Below, piece by piece: positions 61,084-64,000 of a DNA stretch of 64,000 nucleotides; the stretch's first letter is position 1; every line of letters begins with the position of its first letter. Both the position numbers and the translations under genes were made by a program. The notes beneath the pieces were generated by a model. The model was not told the DNA's origin. It did not search any database and saw only the letters and a program-made list of their open reading frames with translations. Origin of the DNA: Chitinophagales bacterium (GTDB lineage Bacteria; Bacteroidota; Bacteroidia; Chitinophagales; UBA10324); assembly GCA_013816805.1 (NCBI GenBank), contig JACDDS010000019.1:11546-75545 (forward strand). The letters run 5' to 3'.

Positions 61084-61983
61084 CTATTTCAATATTCTTT
61101 TTATCCTGTTTGCATGCTCTATCAACTCCTGCAAATACTCATAGTTTTCTTTTTCAAGGCAACTCTTAAATTTTCTTAGCTGGGTAATATGTTCGTTGAG
61201 CACATCCAAAAGGTTTTCGCGGTTTTGTTTAAAAATGGGAACCCATGTAGCAGGATCGCTTTTTGCCAGTCGTACGGTACTTTCAAAGCCAGCGCTAGCC
61301 AGTTCAAAAATTGCATCCTCTTCTCTTTCTTTTTCTAAAACAGTATTTGCCAAAGCAAATGAAGTAAGGTGAGATATATGACTTATGTAAGCAGCATGCA
61401 CATCGTGGTCTGCGGCATCCATATAAATTAAGTGCATCCCAATTTGCTGATAAATGTTTTCTACAAGCTTTAAAGCATCTTCATCAGAATCATCTTTTCC
61501 GCAAATAACTACAGCTTTATTTACAAATGCATCTTTTACTGCAGCATCGGGTCCGCTAAATTCTGTACCCCACATTGGGTGCGTTGCAACAAATCTTTTT
61601 CGTTTTGGATGATAAGCAATAACATCATGCATTTTTTGTTTTGTAGAACCCATATCCATCACTACCTGCTTATCTACCTGGTCTAAAATGTGAGGAAGCA
61701 AATCATTTATTGAATCAACAGGAATTGCTAATACAATTAGTGAACTTTTTTTTATCGCTTCCTTCAAAGGAAGAATCTCATCAACCAATCCCAAATGTAA
61801 AGCCCTTTCACAATGATGTTCATTAACATCAACACCAATAACATGTTTTGCAATTCCCTTTTCTTTTAACACCAAACTGAAAGAGCCACCAATTAAACCG
61901 ATGCCTATTATAGTAACCCCACCTAAATCCTCCCCGAAGGGGAGGACTTTTGATGAGTTAGTATTTGAGTTTTCTGTTTTCAT
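61084..61983 (-). CDS. tyrA: prephenate dehydrogenase
   Basis: Rossmann motif IIGIGLIGGSF, then HPMWGTE and the C-terminal helical domain. Residues ~10-24 of the ORF are encoded by a repeat element (see findings). Confidence 0.8.
   Translation of the reverse strand: MKTENSNTNSSKVLPFGEDLGGVTIIGIGLIGGSFSLVLKEKGIAKHVIGVDVNEHHCERALHLGLVDEILPLKEAIKKSSLIVLAIPVDSINDLLPHILDQVDKQVVMDMGSTKQKMHDVIAYHPKRKRFVATHPMWGTEFSGPDAAVKDAFVNKAVVICGKDDSDEDALKLVENIYQQIGMHLIYMDAADHDVHAAYISHISHLTSFALANTVLEKEREEDAIFELASAGFESTVRLAKSDPATWVPIFKQNRENLLDVLNEHITQLRKFKSCLEKENYEYLQELIEHANRIKRILK
61913..61953. repeat. GGAGG/CCTCC hairpin repeat, copy 1
   Basis: gtaaccccacctaaatCCTCCCCgaaGGGGAGGacttttga. 38/41 identical to copy 2. 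Contains a 7-bp stem. Confidence 0.75.
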
Positions 61984-62024
61984 TTATTTGTTGTTTTTTG
62001 ATCCCTCCTTTGGAGGGCGGGGAG

Positions 62025-62065
62025 GTTACCCCTCCTAAATCCTCCCCGAAGAGGAGGACTTTTGA
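62025..62065. repeat. GGAGG/CCTCC hairpin repeat, copy 2
   Basis: gttacccctcctaaatCCTCCCCgaaGAGGAGGacttttga. Neighbouring hairpins are CCCTCC-ttt-GGAGGG (62003-62017) and the palindrome CCTCTTTAAAGAGG (62114-62127). Confidence 0.75.
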
Positions 62066-62131
62066 ACCACCTGATAAATTATTTTTCTCCTTCATGATTT
62101 GATTTTTTAATCCCCTCTTTAAAGAGGTTAG

Positions 62132-62696
62132 GGAGGCTACTCTTTCCAATGCCTCTTGTATCACTTCAACCTTTGCACATAAACTAACCCTAATATAACT
62201 ATTACCATTGCTCCCGAAAATTCCTCCCGGGGTTATAAACACATTTTTAGTCTATAAAATTTCATCACTTAATTCATATCCATCTTTCTAAGATGAAGGG
62301 ATTTTTGCCCAAATGAAAAGCCCTGCCTGCTTATCATCAAAAGAACAATCCAGTTGTTTTAAGAAGGTAAGTACAATTTCCCTTCTCTCTGAATAAATGC
62401 TGTTGAGTTGCTTATACCAATCACTTACTAAGCTTAAAGCTTTTGCTGCTGCAAGTTGTACAGGTAAAAACATTCCACTGTCCATATTACTTTTAAATCG
62501 AATTATTTCATCAATCCTATCTTTCGCTCCACACATCATTCCAACTCTCCAGCCTGCCATGTTACAATCATTAAGAGATTTACAGTTTATCAATTTAAAA
62601 ATTAAGCATAAAAAATTTAGGGTTTTATCTACCGCCCCGGTCTCCAGGCAGACCATATTTAGATCGTACGGCTGCTTTCATACATGATTCATTAAT
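62132..62696 (-). pseudogene. class I/II aminotransferase, 3' half only, with in-frame stops and loss of the PLP lysine
   Basis: Reverse-strand reading: ...KQPYDLNMVCLETGAVDK...SLNDCNMAGWRVGMMCGAKDRIDEIIRFKSNMDSGMF...AGLFIWAKIPSS*KDGYELSDEIL*TKNVFITPGGIFGSNGNSYIRVSLC...EALERVAS. There is a TGA near 62678-62680 and TAGs at 62288-62290 and 62252-62254. The 5' part of the gene is missing. Confidence 0.7.
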
Positions 62697-62762
62697 GACG
62701 CACAACGACTGGGTATTGCTACAGGCAGAGAATTCATTGAACTTCCAGCACGGAACTGCAGC
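62695..62762 (+). repeat. dispersed degenerate repeat, copy A
   Basis: ATGACGCACAACGACTGGGTATTGCTACAGGCAGAGAATTCATTGAACTTCCAGCACGGAACTGCAGC. It aligns without gaps to copy B, with 50 identical positions over the 72 nt I compared. Confidence 0.65.
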
Positions 62763-62958
62763 TTGGTTTTATTTTGTTGCCGAAGATAAGAACTATTGCC
62801 TGGCTTAATTTGTGAGCTGGAACTATTGCTGATAGTGATTTGCGCCGATTGTCAGCCAGCCTATTGACAAACCTATTGTTGTGAGTTCGTGTTATTATCT
62901 CTGAAAATTTTCTGTTTAAGATTATGGCTTTTCTATTTCCATATTTTTTTTCGAACGC

Positions 62959-63026
62959 ATGACGCACAACGTCCGAGTATTTGCGAAGGCTGGATATTCG
63001 TTGCTTGTCCAGCCCGGAACTGCAGC
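62959..63026 (+). repeat. dispersed degenerate repeat, copy B
   Basis: ATGACGCACAACGTCCGAGTATTTGCGAAGGCTGGATATTCGTTGCTTGTCCAGCCCGGAACTGCAGC. Confidence 0.65.
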
Positions 63027-63089
63027 CGAATAAGGAAATAAATGTACAAGTTAACAGCTAAATGATGAGTAGAATTCCGTCAAACCCGG

Positions 63090-63163
63090 ATGCATAACAA
63101 TAATGATTTGCAGCCGAATGATCTTCCGTTAACCCAGCTTGCCAATACTTTTGTTGGTGGCTG
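63090..63163 (+). repeat. related, more divergent repeat (copy D) with internal imperfect inverted symmetry
   Basis: ATGCATAACAATAATGATTTGCAGCCGAATG...CCCAGCTTGCCAATACTTTTGTTGGTG. The left and right arms are imperfect reverse complements (AACAATAATGATTTGCAG vs CTTGCCAATACTTTTGTT). A similar unit lies at about 62831-62885. Confidence 0.45.
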
Positions 63164-63280
63164 TTCTCAAATCTGGCGAATTATGTTTCCCTAAACCTAA
63201 TAAAATGGTTCCGTCAACTTCAATTGGCAAGATGCTCAAAATCTGTAGAGTCATGTAACCAAATTAACTTAAAATAAAAA

Positions 63281-63649
63281 CTAAAAGAAAAATTGTTCTT
63301 TAATAATTTTACCGTCTTTAACTTCAAATACAGCGATTTCGTCCAGTTGTCTCCGTTGATTGTCGTTCTTAAATGTAGCATCAAAACCCATAGCAACGCT
63401 AAAGAAATTACCTGCAATAATTGGCTCAGAAGTATAACCACCGTGCATTTCAGCAATATTTTGTCCCCATGCTTTTCCTTTAGCTATAACAGCTTCCAAC
63501 CCTTTTGTTATAACCTGCATTCCCATATTTACCGCATGTTCGGGTTCAATACATACAACATCCTGGCTGTACAATTCATTTTGAATTTCTTCAAATTTAC
63601 CTTGTTTTTCAAGCTCCATGTAGCGAGCTACTACTTCTTTAATTGTCAT
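63281..63649 (-). CDS. SnoaL-like / NTF2-fold family protein
   Basis: 122 aa. The pattern of an N-terminal helix (VVARYMELEKQGKFEEIQNELYSQDVV) followed by beta strands ending ...IAVFEVKDGKIIKEQFFF is typical of small NTF2-like proteins. Confidence 0.7.
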   Translation of the reverse strand: MTIKEVVARYMELEKQGKFEEIQNELYSQDVVCIEPEHAVNMGMQVITKGLEAVIAKGKAWGQNIAEMHGGYTSEPIIAGNFFSVAMGFDATFKNDNQRRQLDEIAVFEVKDGKIIKEQFFF

Positions 63650-63777
63650 TTGTATAGTTTTTATGTTAGATTTTGAACCAATGGTCGTGTTTGCGAACCT
63701 GAAGCAAAAGAAACAAGATTTAATTTATTGCAAAAATAATATTTAGTTTTTTTTAGAGTGTCAAACCCAATAGCTTC

Positions 63778-63836
63778 CAACGATTGGGTATTGTTGCAGG
63801 AGGGTATTTATTGAACGTCCCGCCGGTACAAGCGCC
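63778..63836 (+). repeat. dispersed degenerate repeat, copy C
   Basis: CAACGATTGGGTATTGTTGCAGGAGGGTATTTATTGAACGTCCCGCCGGTACAAGCGCC. I judge it similar to copy A by eye, with one 1-nt indel. The flank GAAAATATATCGTTGAAGTTAAAATGA also resembles the flank of copy B. Confidence 0.6.
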
Positions 63837-64000
63837 CAAATTGAAAATATATCGTTGAAGTTAAAATGACATAAGCTGAACATTGAACGCCTTGTAGCAG
63901 TCGTCATACATTGCCTGCGCAAAATTTGTGATTCTTTTATTTCCCTGTTTTTCTGCCATAGTAAATAGTAGTAGTACCAGCACCTAAACCACCTTCATAA

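Noticed and set aside
60114-62696. A single-inversion model in which the + strand and - strand aminotransferase pieces are the two halves of one gene.
   Set aside because: Both fragments encode the region around the PLP-lysine motif (SLSKA versus SLNDC) and the preceding ~40 residues, with very different nucleotide sequences. They overlap in homology rather than abutting.
62734-62967. A 77-aa minus-strand ORF (MRHAFEKKYGNRKAIILNRK...) and the 78-aa ORF 63220..63456.
   Set aside because: The first spans the repeat unit between copies B and A, uses a GTG inside the repeat, and has only a weak, frame-inconsistent counterpart in the third unit. The second overlaps the SnoaL-like gene out of frame. 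Neither is supported as a gene.
62695-63836. A CRISPR-like interpretation of the repeats. GTTG...CAAC ends and a GGAACTGC core recalled Bacteroidota Cas13b/Cas9 direct repeats.
   Set aside because: By my hand alignment the copies are only roughly two-thirds to three-quarters identical, are about 68 nt long and irregularly spaced, have no unique spacers of uniform length, and have no cas genes in the window.
63937-64000. A minus-strand reading frame entering from the right window edge (...YEGGLGAGTTTIYYGRKTGK*, stop at 63937-63939).
   Set aside because: Only 21 codons are visible, which is too short to decide whether it is the 3' end of a real gene.

Overview
This window is a gene-dense chromosomal segment. 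It most likely comes from a Bacteroidota genome of Sphingobacteriia/Chitinophagia type. That assignment is an inference from three observations: several proteins end in T9SS-type C-terminal sorting domains, NusB is the long form, and the DNA is AT-rich.

Most of 1-60 kb is housekeeping or envelope genes: obg, adk, hpt, rbfA, tag, thiL, metF, lpdA, smc, glnS, rplS, nusB, ychF and hldD. There is also a TetR-TolC-HlyD-MFS efflux operon, two MsbA-like ABC exporters, a POT peptide transporter, a TonB-dependent receptor and one tRNA(CAU).

The accessory content includes:
- a 2020-aa alpha-2-macroglobulin homologue that lacks the CxEQ thioester
- three T9SS cargo proteins, one with a phage tail-fibre/S74 chaperone architecture
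- an endolysin-like PG_binding+GH23 protein next to the tRNA
- an ECF sigma factor closely followed (7-nt gap) by a large repeat-bearing membrane protein

The right end (about 55.3 kb, and 60.1-64.0 kb) is visibly decaying:
- a multiply frameshifted four-helix-bundle pseudogene
- two non-complementary aminotransferase fragments on opposite strands, flanking an apparently intact tyrA
- a cluster of GGAGG/CCTCC hairpin repeats, one of which is read through as the tyrA N-terminus
- a family of degenerate ~68-nt repeats, possibly part of a ~265-nt unit, around a SnoaL-like gene

I found no rRNA, no CRISPR array, and no intact transposase, integrase or recombinase. I do not see a compelling complete novel multi-gene system. 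The repeat field at 62.7-64.0 kb and the ECF-sigma module are the least explained parts. All calls come from reading the translations and sequence by eye, with no database searches.
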